A model generated the notes under the pieces. It had not been told where the DNA came from. It saw only the letters and a list, made by a program, of their open reading frames with translations, and ran no database searches. Of a DNA stretch of 64,000 bases, positions 46,914-61,999 are shown piece after piece. The position numbers and the translations under genes were made by a program. Within the stretch, counting starts at the first letter, position 1. Each line of letters starts with the position of its first letter. Source of the DNA: Eledone cirrhosa (Eukaryota); assembly GCA_964016885.1 (NCBI GenBank), contig OZ024741.1, forward strand, positions 222,208,001-222,272,000. Reading direction: 5' to 3'.

Positions 46914-49671
46914 TTCCATAACGGCCAGAGAGAGAAGGATGTGTGAGAGGGAGATAGAAAGAGAGGAGTGAGAGAGAGAGAGTAAAATAAAGAAAGAGAG
47001 GAGTGTGTGTGACGCGAATATGATAAATACAGCGTTTATAATTTTAACTTATTTATTACACTTCTCAACTCTCCCCCTTCCACAACGTCACGTCTTGGGA
47101 TTGTGTGCGTATGTGTGTGTGTTTGTGTGTGTATGTGTTTGTGTGTGTGTATACGTGCGTATGTGTGTGCATGTGTGTGTATGTGTATAAATGTGTTAAT
47201 TGTAAGAAATAACAGACGATACTTTAGCGATAAATACAGTGTTTATAATTTTAACTTATTTATTACACTTCTTAACTCTCCCCCTTCCACAACGTCACGT
47301 CTTGGGATTGTGTGTGTATGTGTATGTGTGTGTGTGTATGTGTTTGTGTGTGTGTGTACGTGCATATGTGTGTGCGTGTGTGCATGTGTATGTTTATAAA
47401 TGTGTTAATTGTAAGAAATAACAGACGATACTTTTTATTCAAAAAATTAAACTCTAAAGCAGTTTTGATGTCATAAATCATATTTTCAAAGTGAAAATCG
47501 TCATTTCTTTAATACTTATTCAGAGGTTGAAATATATTTACTGTTTGTCTTGGTTTTTAATCAAATATTTACACATTGCTCAACCGACACTGCTAAACAC
47601 GATATTAGCAAAATTATTTTGTAAGTATGAAAATCTAATATATAATTCCCGTGTAGAAAAAGCAGATGATAAAATATACTTTTTCGTCTTGCTTATTATT
47701 ACAAAAATTTACACATTGTACACAACTATTTATTTCTTTTAATTGATTTGTATCAGCTTTATTCAATTACATATTTTCGGTAGAATGCCTCGAAAAAGAA
47801 AGAGTAACATTGGAAAAAAAACAAAAAATGCTTTTGCTTTGCGTTCTTTGCGCGCAAGCGAAACAGAAGAACAATGTGTGCTACGGCGTGCTCGCAATGC
47901 TGCTTCTACCTCGATCGCCAGAGCATTACAAACAACTGAACAAGCAGAACTCCGGCGTGCTCACAATGCTGCCTCTACTTTGAACATCAGAGCATTACAG
48001 AAAGCTGAACAAGCAGAACTCCGGCGTGCTCGCAATGCTGCTTCTAATTCCAATAGCCGTGCTTTAGAGACTGTTGACCAAAGGGCAACAAGGCTTGCGG
48101 CTGATTCTCAATGGAAAATGCGTACTTATGTCTTTCCGAGGGATTCTTCCTGTTACTGGTCTAAGAAAGGTTTTCAATACAACCCCCAAGAGGACTACGC
48201 ATCCCATCCACATATCATCATTGGTAGTATGTCAACTGTTTGCGTCCATTGTAATGCAATGAGGTGGGCAGCGGAATCTACCGGTATATGTTGCTCCAAT
48301 GGAACGGTTACATTGCCTTAGTTACAAGTTGGTGCCGAACCTTTGAATTCTCTGCTGCTTGGAGACCACCCTGATTCTAAACACTTTTTCAGAAATATAA
48401 GAGCCTACAATTCGGCTTTCCAAATGACAAGCTTTGGTCATACAACAATAAAAAGATGGGAATTATATGCCCACATTTAAAGTGCAAAGCCAAATTTACC
48501 ATCAAATAGGATCACTTATTCCACAAGATGGCAAAGAACACAGTTTTCTCCAGATCTACTTTATGGGCAACGGACCTGAAGAAATTGCACGAAGGGCTTC
48601 AGTTGCTAAAGGAATGACACCTTCCCTTCTGCAGCCCCTTCAATATATGCTTCATTCCATAAACCCGTACATCACCATTTTCAAAACTGCTTTACAACGT
48701 AGAGATGCTAACAACAATCAATACAAGGTTGTCATTCGAAATGACCGCGCTCCACCAGGGCAGCATCAGGGTTGCTTTAATAGACCCCAAACCGATGAAG
48801 TTGTGGTGATTATAACACGTCCTAATGAGAGCGCTTCAAACCGTGATATTGTTATTGAATGGCAGGACTCGCATCTTCAAAAAATAAATGAACTTCATCC
48901 CGCATATGATGCTCTCCAGTATCCATTGCTGTTCCCCTTTGGCGACGATGGCTACCGCATTGATTTGCAAAAGTGTAATCCTGTAAGTTTAATGCATCTT
49001 ACACCAGGGAAAACCATTTCACAAATGGAATTTTATGCATTTAGACTTATGTTTCGCAAAAACGACGTCAACATTCTGCATAGAACACGGATGCTCCTCA
49101 ATCAATACTGTGTAGACATATTTGCTAAGATTGACACTGAACGCCTCCAATGGATAAGACATCATCAAAAGGAACTGCGTTCAGAAGAATACGGCAATCT
49201 ACGTGACGAAGTAAACCGAAAAGATCAGGCTAATGCTTCGGATGTTGGGCTTTCTGTCATTCTCCCATCATCATACACTGGAGGCACCCGTTACATGCAT
49301 GAAAAAATGCAGGATGCTCTGACCTATGTCCACCATTGTGGCCGTCCTGATCTTTTTATCACCTTTACATGCAATCCAAAATGGTTTGACATCCAGTCTC
49401 ATTTACTGTTTGTCTTTCGGTTATTAATAAAAAAAATTACACATTGTTCAACCGACATGGCTAACGATACATTTCTCTATGTTCACATTTTAATGACACA
49501 TATCTGTAAATAAAACTTGCTCTTTTTGAATACCGCCTCATTTATTTTTATTGAAAGAGTTGATCAGGTAAAATTATCCTCCAAGTTAAACATACAACAC
49601 GGAAATTGACCATTAACATTGCAGCCCTACCAAGAACTGACACCGTCCAATGGACGGGGGTCATTTGCTAG
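46540..49671 (+). mobile_element. Internally deleted Helitron (5' boundary uncertain)
   Basis: ORFs 47743-48321 and 48467-49513 carry Zn-finger C.HC.A..W..E....CC, YNSAFQMTS, YDALQYPL, LPSSYTGG.RYM and PDLFITFTCNPKW. 3' hairpin ccgtcc-aat-ggacgg is followed by CTAG|T at 49668-49672. Confidence 0.88.
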
Positions 49672-49689
49672 TATATATATATATATATG

Positions 49690-52600
49690 CAGAGGTTATA
49701 TTTAATTTGTTGGGATTCAACAAGCTTAAACATTTTTATAACTGATATAAAGCACTCAACAGATGAGTGGAGTAAATACACAATATATTAATAAATGGAA
49801 ACTATATTTATAAAACCATATTTATTTTATTATATATATTTCAAGAGCAACCAAGGCGCATTATGGTGCGCTTTCATCAGATAAAATACAGATTTGTTTT
49901 ATAAATAAATAGACATACCCGGAAAAAAGACAACCTTAATGGTTGGAGCTTCCTGGACAGTGGAGATATTATTTTATTGAGGGTAATACAAAGGTATGAG
50001 TGAGTATGCAAATGAGTGGCCGAAAAGTTGAAAAGATAACGGTTTATTTAAATTAAACTGTTGGAAGAAGAGGATATGTAAGGGAGAGAGAAGAAAAGGA
50101 AGGAGAAAGAAAGAAAGAACGATTATACATAGTGATAGTGAAGATAATCAAAGTGAACGAGGAAATAAATTTTAATGTAAGAATATACAGAACGTAAATA
50201 TATCTAAGTGAAAGAAGAAATAAGATTAACGTGGAAGAATAATATCTAGAATGTAGGGTTCATTACGTTGTGATTATAATATTTATAATAAGTTGAAAAT
50301 TAAATAAAAATAAAAAATAAAAATTAAAGATTAAAATTTACTTTAATATTAAAAATTTAATTTAATATTAATATTAAAATTAAAATTAAAACAGAGGTAT
50401 TTATATTATATTAAGATGTATTAGTAATAATATATTAGTTTAGATGTGTATGTTATGGATTATAAATTATTTAAATGTAGAGTATTTTACATTGGAGAAA
50501 ATCTAGTATAGTTTATTTGATTAAAGTAAGTTTGGCAAAATTATATTTATTTATTAATAGTTGTAAGTCAAAACTTAAACACCCAAATAATTCCAAATTT
50601 ATGAAAATTAACGAGAGTTTACAAAGGAATAACTACTTAATTAGATTATAAAAACAGTAAGGAAGTATAAAGGAAGTTAGAAGTGATATTTTTAAGAACA
50701 CAAATGACTCAAATTTAAAAATAAAAAATAAAAATTTTTATGAGAAGTCATAAATGTTATAAAATTAAAAAAATTTATCTTAAGAATATAATTAAAACAT
50801 AAACCATAGGTTATTTTATAAGAAGTCATAAATTTATCTTAAGAATATAATTAAAACATAAACCGTAGGTTATTTTATAAGAAGTCATAAATGTTATAAA
50901 GTTAAAAATTTATCTTAAGAATATAATTAAAACATAAACCATAGGTTATTCCACATATATAAAAATATTGGAAGATATGAGAATAATGGTTTTTCCATAT
51001 CTTTCAAAGGAACTTTCAAAAGTTTTACCAAGAATTTTCTAAAACCTTCAGAAAGTTTTTTAAGGAAAATTTTTCTTAAAAGAATTTCAAGTAGTCATAT
51101 AAAAAGGTTATAATCTATTGATAAGTGTAATAATATAAAGTATATTTATGAAGTAGAGATAATAGAAAGTAAATTAAATATATATGAATCATATATAGGT
51201 ATAATCTGAGGGATGAAGTTGTAGGTGGTTGGATATAGAAAACGTTATGTAAAGGAGATTAACCATATATTACATTTTATATATATATCTAAAAGTTGAG
51301 TTTAAACGATGTTTACAAGAACTAAATAAATTATTACGCAAATTAATAGAGTTCTTACTTTTTAGTATAAAGAATATTTCTTCAAAGCAAAGGGAGCAAT
51401 TTTTGGATAGAGCTGTGTATGGAGCTTTGGAGATAATTTCCCAAGATAAAGAATAGTTAATATTCTTGGATTTTAAGTTCCATAATAAGTTGGATAGAGA
51501 AGTTGAAGATTTTTTTACCAATATTCGTAAAGGAACATTTATGGTTATTGAAACGAGATTTGAAGTCTGTGGAAGTAGAGCCGACATAGTTAAAGGAATT
51601 TTCATTGGTTTTGACATTACAATTGTATACTATATTTTTAACTAAACAGTTATTATTTAGAGGACAGTTAGATTTATTTCTACAATTACATTTATCTGAA
51701 TTTATATTATTGGGAGCCGTAACATTATATTGGATATTGCTGGAGGTATTAAAGTTATTCTGGTTAGGTTTTAAGTTTTTATTATTAATTCTATTAATAT
51801 TCTGCACTAAATTCATAGTGGTAGAATATGAGAGTTTAATAGTATGTCTATTAAAGATTGAGTAATATCTGTGTGTCTTAGGAAAACACTTATCAATAGC
51901 TTTAAAAAGTAGTTTAGCTATTGGAGTTTTAATACTTAATGAGAAAGGGGAGCGAACCATAATATATTTCTAGTTCTATTTCTTCTTTTGATTTTCGAGT
52001 TAGTGTAAGGTTTCCTATTATAATTATAGTTATGGTTAATTGGCACATCCTTATTATCAATGTATTTAATTTCATTACTATAGCCTGCTCTACTTAATGC
52101 TTCGTTATAATATTGTGCCTTATCCTCAAATATATTTTTATTCGCTGAATTTCTAGAAATACGTTGCTGCACAGAATTTACAATAGTGTTTTTAACGGAT
52201 CTGAGGTGGTTGGAATTAAAGTTAACATAGTTTAAATTGTCATTGATTTTATGAAATGGATAATAAAGACCAGTATTAAGGTTTAAAGTTACAGCTAAAA
52301 AATTAACTATTTTATAATTATTCTCTACTTCTACTTTAAGATTAAAGCTATTAAAAAATTGTATAATTTCTTTTCTTTTCCTATTGATTTCACAATTATT
52401 ATTATTTTCAATAAGCAATAGCATATCGTCACGATATAAACCACCGGTCATCTCTAGTATTTTCCTATGTAAAGTATTGTTAATAAAACGCCCCACAAGA
52501 TCCGTTAATTGCGCCGAGTCCGATGACCCCATAGTGATATCGAAATTGTTATCCCTATCTGCTCTAGTCCAAAGGTGGTTGCTAAATTTAATTAATGTTT

Positions 52601-55600
52601 TACGTGCAGTTAAGATAATGTGCATTTCATTGCTAGATAAATCAGTATATTTAAATGCATATGTAAGGGCTTTATTAAGTAAATTAGGAGTGGTAGATGA
52701 GTAATAATTAGCAATATCCAAATTGAATGAATTTATTGTTATGCTTATATTTAATGTCCTTAAACCAGTCAATAACTTCATTCTTTAGGATCTCGTCTTC
52801 TCTAAAAGACATACCTTTACCTAAGAATAAGGACTTTCTAAAACAACTTATCGAAAAATCGGACTCGTTCATAAGAAGACTTAGATGGCGTGCTTTTCAT
52901 TTCGATAAAAAATGTGATGCGAAAGAAAATATTTCCAATCTTGATAGAATCTTCAAATCCAAAAAGAATCCACCTTCCAACAAACTATTAATGGAATTTG
53001 AAAATGAGATTATTTCTATCATACAAAACATTAAATTTAAGAAAAATCATTTTGTAGGCCAGGATTACTTCAAATGTCTCAAAAATAATATAGAAAACTT
53101 TGAAAAAACGGAAAAAATTCTTGTTAAATCAGATAAAACCAACAATCTTTATGGAATGTAAAAGAATGATTAGAATAATCTTATATTGAAGGAATTAAGG
53201 AAAAATTACAAAATAGCAACCAATGATGAGCTTGAACGACTAAATACTGAAGCTTCTTATATAATGCAGGAATTAGGCATCAAAAATAGGACTCAACCCT
53301 TCATACCTAGGAAACCAAAAATTAATTTGAAGGACCATAAAAGAAATTCTGAAATTGAATTACCAGTTAGACTGATTGCACCATCTAAATCGGACCTTGG
53401 CATACTTAGCAAAAATATCTTAGATAGAATCATACCACAACTTAAGGAAATATCTTATTTAAAATTATGGAATGGGACTAATGAAATTATTGACTGGTTT
53501 AAGGATAAGCATAATATAAGCATAACAATAAATTCATTCAATTGGATATTGCTAATTATTACTCATCTACCACTCCTAATTTACTTAATAAAGCCCTTAC
53601 ATATGCATTTAAATATACTGATTTATCTAGCAATGAAATGCACATAATCTTAACTGCACATAAAACATTAATTAAATTTAGCAACCACCTTTGGACTAGA
53701 GCAGATAGGGATAACAATTTCGATATCACTATGAGGTCATCGGACTCGGCGCAATTAACGGATCTTGTGGGGCTTTTTATTAACAATACTTTACATAGGA
53801 AAATACCAGAGTTGACCGGTGGTTTATATCGTGACGATATGCTTATTGAAAATAATAATAATTGTGAAATAAATAGAAAAAGAAAAGAAATTATACAATT
53901 TTTTAATAGCTTTAATCTTAAAATAGAAGTAGAGAATAATTATAAAATAGTTAATTTTTTAGCTGTAACTTTAAACCTTAATACTGGTCTTTATTATCTA
54001 TTTCATAAAATCAATGAGAATTTAAACTATGTTAACTTTAATTCCAATCACCCCAGATCCGTTAAAAACACTATTGTAAATTCTGTGCAGCAACGTATTT
54101 CTAGAAATTCAGCGAATAAAAATATATTTGAGGATAAGGCACAATATTATAACGAAGCATTAAGTAGAGCAGGCTATAGTAATGAAATTAAATACATTGA
54201 TAATAAGGATGTGCCAATTAACCATAACTATAATTATAATAGGAAACCTTACACTAACTCGAAAATCAAAAGAAGAAATAGAACTAGAAATATATTATGG
54301 TTCGCTCCCCCTTTCTCATTAAGTATTAAAACTCCAATAGCTAAACTACTTTTTAAAGCTATTGATAAGTGTTTTCCTAAGACACACAGATATTACTCAA
54401 TCTTTAATAGACATACTATTAAACTCTCATATTCTACCACTATGAATTTAGTGCAGAATATTAATAGAATTAATAATAAAAACTTAAAACCTAACCAGAA
54501 TAACTTTAATACCTCCAGCAATATCCAATATAATGTTACGGCTCCCAATAATATAAATTCAGATAAATGTAATTGTAGAAATAAATCTAACTGTCCTCTA
54601 AATAATAACTGTTTAGTTAAAAATATAGTATACAATTGTAATGTCAAAACCAATGAAAATTCCTTTAACTATGTCGGCTCTACTTCCACAGACTTCAAAT
54701 CTCGTTTCAATAACCATAAATGTTCCTTTACGAATATTGGTAAAAAAATCTTCAACTTCTATATCCAACTTATTATGGAACTTAAAATCCAAGAATATTA
54801 ACTATTCTTTATCTTGGGAAATTATCTCCAAAGCTCCATACACAGCTCTATCCAAAAATTGCTCCCTTTGCTTTGAAGAAATATTCTTTATACTAAAAAG
54901 TAAGAACTCTATTAATTTGCGTAATAATTTATTTAGTTCTTGTAAACATCGTTTAAACTCAACTTTTAGATATATATATAAAATGTAATATATGGTTAAT
55001 CTCCTTTACATAACGTTTTCTATATCCAACCACCTACAACTTCATCCCTCAGATTATACCTATATATGATTCATATATATTTAATTTACTTTCTATTATC
55101 TCTACTTCATAAATATACTTTATATTATTACACTTATCAATAGATTATAACCTTTTTATATGACTACTTGAAATTCTTTTAAGAAAAATTTTCCTTAAAA
55201 AACTTTCTGAAGGTTTTAGAAAATTCTTGGTAAAACTTTTGAAAGTTCCTTTGAAAGATATGGAAAAACCATTATTCTCATATCTTCCAATATTTTATAT
55301 CTTCAAATATTTATATATATGTGGAATAACCTATGGTTTATATTTTAAGATAAATTTTTAACTTTATAACATTTATGACTTCTTATAAAATAACCTATGG
55401 TTTATGTTTTAATTATATTCTAAAGATAAATTTTTTAAACTTTATAACATTTATGACTTCTCATAAAATTTAAAACATTTTTTTTAATTTGAGTCATTTG
55501 TGTTCTTAAAAAATCACTTCTAAAACATCACTTCTAACTTCCTTTATACTTCCTTACTGTTTTTATAATCTAATTAAGTAGTTATTCCCTTGTAAACTCT

Positions 55601-56425
55601 CGTTAATTTTCATAAATTTGGAATTATTTGGATGTTTAAGTTTTGACTTACAACTATTAATAAATAAATATAATTTTGCCAAACTTTAATCAAATAAACT
55701 ATTCTAGATTTTCTCCAATGTAAAATACTGTACATTTAAATAATTTATAATCCATAACATACACATCTAAACTAATATATTATTACTAATTTTTAATTTT
55801 AATATTAATATTAAATTACATTTTTAATATTAAAGTAAATTTTAATCTTTAATTTTAATTTTTAATTTTTAATTTTTAATTTTTAATTTTTAATTTTTAA
55901 TTTTTATTTTTATTTAATTTTCAACTTATCATTATAAATATTATAATCACAACGTAATGAACCCTACATTCTAGATATTATTCTTCCACGTTAATCTTAT
56001 TTCTTCTTTCACTTAGATATATTTACGTTCTGTATATTCTTACATTAAAATTTATTTCCTCGTTCACTTTGATTATCTTCACTATCACTATGTATAATCG
56101 TTCTTTCTTTCTTCTTCTCTCTTTCTCCTTCCTTTTCTTCCAACAGTTTAATTTAAATAAACCGTTATCTTTTCAACTTTTCGGACACTCATTTGCATAC
56201 TCACTCATACCTTTGTATTACCCTCAATAAAATATTATCTCCACTGTCCAGGAAGCTCCAACCGTTAAGGTTGTCTTTTTTCCGGGTATGTCAATATTTA
56301 TTTATAAAACAAATCTGTATTTTATCTGATGAAAGCGCACCATAATTTGCCTTGGTTGCCCTTGAAATATATATAATAAAATAAATATGGTTTTATAAAT
56401 ATAGTTTCCATTTATTAATATATTG
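49690..56425. mobile_element. PLE insertion: near full-length + strand copy (about 52783-56425) preceded by an inverted 5'-truncated copy (49690-52782)
   Basis: About 2.9-3 kb inverted arms. RT motifs (KDHK, RLIAPSKS, DIANYY, TMGSSDSA, LYRDD) and GIY-YIG (IVYNC..YVGST..FKSRF..H, CSLCFEE). Hammerhead motifs at about 49825-49885 (-) and 56318-56382 (+). Confidence 0.93.
52790..54988 (+). pseudogene. Disrupted PLE RT/GIY-YIG ORF
   Basis: Consecutive ORF pieces 52727-53161, 53186-53647, 53542-54801 and 54641-54988, with stops and frameshifts. Confidence 0.9.
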
Positions 56426-56541
56426 TATATATATATATATATATATTCCTTTTCTTCTTCGCCTATTGTTTCCTCAGCCTCACTTTCATATTTCTTATAT
56501 TTTGTTTTCAAATCCACATTTAATAAAAGCACCATGTTTTA

Positions 56542-56599
56542 TTCATTCTGATGACTGAAAGCAGATTTATCTGCTTTCAAGAAACCACTGGTAAATGAA
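56542..56599 (+). ncRNA. Canonical type I hammerhead ribozyme motif
   Basis: ttcatt CTGATGA c-tgaaagcag-atttat-ctgctttca-a GAAA cc-act-g GTA aatgaa. All three stems pair and the core is intact. Confidence 0.8.
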
Positions 56600-57005
56600 A
56601 TAATTATCTTATGTTGTTTATTACATAACTGTATATATATATATATACGTAAGTGATTATAATGGAATACTCCTTGTATGTCTACCTTGTCTCGCTTGCT
56701 TTCTTCATTTCTTCATTTGCTCGTCTATATTCACCATTTGATAATGCCAATATTCTTGATATGTGTTTTAAATAATCCTGATGATAATGCAGGCTTTTTG
56801 TGTATTGTGTAAAGAATTGTTACTTAGTTATAACTTAGTTATAACTGATTGATTCGTTGATTCGTTGTTTGCATATGTATGTAAGCTTATTACCAGTATA
56901 GAAATGATCGTAGATATTAAAGATTTAATTTGGTTCTCTTCACTTTATATATATATATATACATATATATATAGGCGATATGCTGGTTATATATATATAT
57001 ATCTA

Positions 57006-57083
<78 letters not shown>

Positions 57084-57189
57084 ATGTATATATATATATA
57101 ATATATATATAATATAATATATATATGTATATATATATATAATGTATATATATATATATATATATATATAATGTATTTATATATATATA

Positions 57190-57512
57190 TCATCATCATC
57201 ATCATTTCATTTTACATCCGCTTTTTCCCTGCTTGCAAGGGTGGGACGGGAACTGATTCTGGCTTGATTTCTACAGCTGGATGCCCTTCCTAACACCAAC
57301 CTCATTTACAGTTAGTGCTGGGTGCTTTTTTGCCGTGGCACCTCCATGACCACTTTGCAGTGGAATGATAGGGACCCCAGCTCCTATCATCTCATTTCTA
57401 CAGCTGAGTAAACTGGAGCAATGTGAAATAAAGTGTCTTGCTCAAGGAAACAACACATCACCCGGTCTGAGAATTGAACTCACAACCTTTCGATTGCAAG
57501 GCCAATGCTCTA
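57190..57512 (-). mobile_element. SINE family B copy (5'-truncated)
   Basis: Reverse complement of 19694-20030. Confidence 0.85.
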
Positions 57513-57591
57513 ATATATATGTATATATATATATGTATATATATAATGTATATATATAATATAATATATATATATAATGTATATATATATA

Positions 57592-58762
<1,171 letters not shown>

Positions 58763-58814
58763 ATATATATATATATATATATATATATAGATATATATAT
58801 ATATATATATATAT

Positions 58815-59040
58815 GTGTGGCCGTGTAGGTAACATGGTAAAAAATTCCCAGTTCCACACTGTAAATGTGGTTGGTGTTAGGAAGGGCATCCAGCCATAGA
58901 AAACCTGCCAGATAGTCCTATATGAGTGAGACACGGTCACCCGACCAACCTTGCCTCAAGTGGGACAACTCCTGTCTAACCAATGCTAGCATGGAAAATG
59001 GACGTTAAACGAAGATGATGATGAGATGATGATGATGATA
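58815..59040 (+). mobile_element. RTE 3' UTR fragment abutting the CFAP69 splice acceptor
   Basis: Family 3' UTR plus a (GAT)n tail ending about 25 nt before the AG at 59064-59065. Confidence 0.8.
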
Positions 59041-59065
59041 TATATGTATGTATATTGAATTTCAG

Positions 59066-59147
59066 GTGTACAGTTATTGGCTTCAGGCTTTTGGAGAACC
59101 ATTTTCTTGAAAATGATGGTTGTTTCTTACTTTTGGATTTTTTGGAG
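59066..59147 (+). CDS. CFAP69: CFAP69-like exon (WCTVIGFRLLENHFLENDGCFLLLDFLE)
   Basis: ttcAG acceptor completes the TG|G Trp codon from the previous exon; GAG|GTATGT donor. FLE..G.FLLLD motif. Confidence 0.87.
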
Positions 59148-59754
59148 GTATGTACATTTTGATTGCAATACAAAGATAAATATAAATATATACATATATG
59201 TATGCAGTCATATATATAGCACCATCATCCTACCATCTGACATCTTGGACAAATATCTCCTACCATAGCTACAGGCCAACAATTCATTGAGTGAAATCGG
59301 TAGTTTGAAACTGTAAAACTTTATCATTGTATGTGTTTATTATTGTGTTGTTACTTCACACTTGGCATTGTGAGAGCACTTGGTGATATTTGTTTACATT
59401 CCTCATAAACAGAAATCCTATCGCTCAGTGATTAGACATGTGAAAACCTACAACTTACTTATAAAAAAACACATGAGGATTTGTGTTGTGAACGGCATAC
59501 TGCTGCAGAATATATATATATAACTTTACCTCCACTTTCCATATTAGCCTGGGTAGTAGTGCCGGAATCATGGCAAAATGCTCTCAGTACATGCTGTAAG
59601 GTGGTTGGCATTAGGAAGGGTATCCAGCCATAAAAACTGAGCCAAAAGCAGAACATATGAGCAAGACGTGGTTATCTGACCACCCTAGTCACAGCACATG
59701 ATAGTCTGTCTAACCTCGGCAAGCATGGAAAATAGATGTTAAACAGTGATGATG

Positions 59755-59794
<40 letters not shown>

Positions 59795-59795
<1 letters not shown>

Positions 59796-60063
59796 ATGTA
59801 TTACACATATTTCAAGGGTACTAATATTTTAGTACGCTTACGTCCGATAAAATACAATAATTGGTGTAAATCTGATGAAAGCGTACTAAAATATTAGTAC
59901 CCTTGAAATACGTATAATAAAATAAATATGGTTTTATAAAGATATTTTCCATTTATTAATATTATTGATATTAATGATACTCCGGATAAAAAGCCGTTGA
60001 GTGCTTCTAATCTGTTGTAAATTAACTTTGTTGAATAATCAACAAACCAAATAACTCATTGTT
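59795..60063. mobile_element. Short fold-back element with a hammerhead at about 59868-59923 (+)
   Basis: CTGATGA aagcgtactaa-aata-ttagtaccctt GAAA tac GTA; degenerate inverted copy at about 59800-59855. Tail resembles the 49690 family. Confidence 0.7.
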
Positions 60064-60509
60064 TATATATATATATATATAATCACTCAAAACTTTAGTG
60101 GCACTTTTATCAACCTCATGTATTTCATTACAAGCAAATTGCAATGCACTCTGTATAGGTGACCCTTTTTGTGAACAATTTCATAGCATTCTCCACGACA
60201 CTCAGATTACACTTGTGGTTGACCACTCAGTTAACCATTTCTCCTTGTCTGGAGTTTCTGAACACTTCTGTCTCTCATTCTCACAAGCATATAGAGAAAT
60301 CACTTATCTTCTCACTGGACACTGCCTCACCTATAGGTTTTCATAAACAATTCTCCTTTAAAAAAAAACCTATTTATTCTTCCTTACCATTCCATCATGA
60401 TGAGGTTATTCATGCTATTTTCATTTTATATAAATAGCTACCAATCTCTTTGTTGACAGAAGATGTGGATCCTTGTCCTCTTATGATTATTATAATAGGA
60501 ATCAATGAA

Positions 60510-61583
<1,074 letters not shown>

Positions 61584-61999
61584 TAAAATAACAGATTAAA
61601 GTTTAAGCAAAGAATCGCTGCTTTCACCCTTAACGGGATCTTCTGAAACTAACAAAGTCAATCTGTGAAATGCAGAAGTGAATATTTCAAAAAACGTTGC
61701 ACCCGTAGGAAGACAGGAAGACGATACTTTGGTTCGTGGAAACGTTCCCTGGCAAAGAACGGGAAAAAACGAATATAATACGTCATTCTTTGGAGCGACT
61801 AATCCTTCATAAGAAAAGAAAATGAAAAATTAAAGAAGAAATAGAAAGTTTGAGGAGACAACCAGGGCAGAAATGGAACAAATTTTTAGAGAAAAATAAT
61901 ATGTCCATTCATGGAAAAATGTTGATGCTGGAGTTTTGTGTATTATATACCTTTTAAAAAAGATGGTGATCGAGCTTGTCTATCTGAAAGGGAAAAAGG

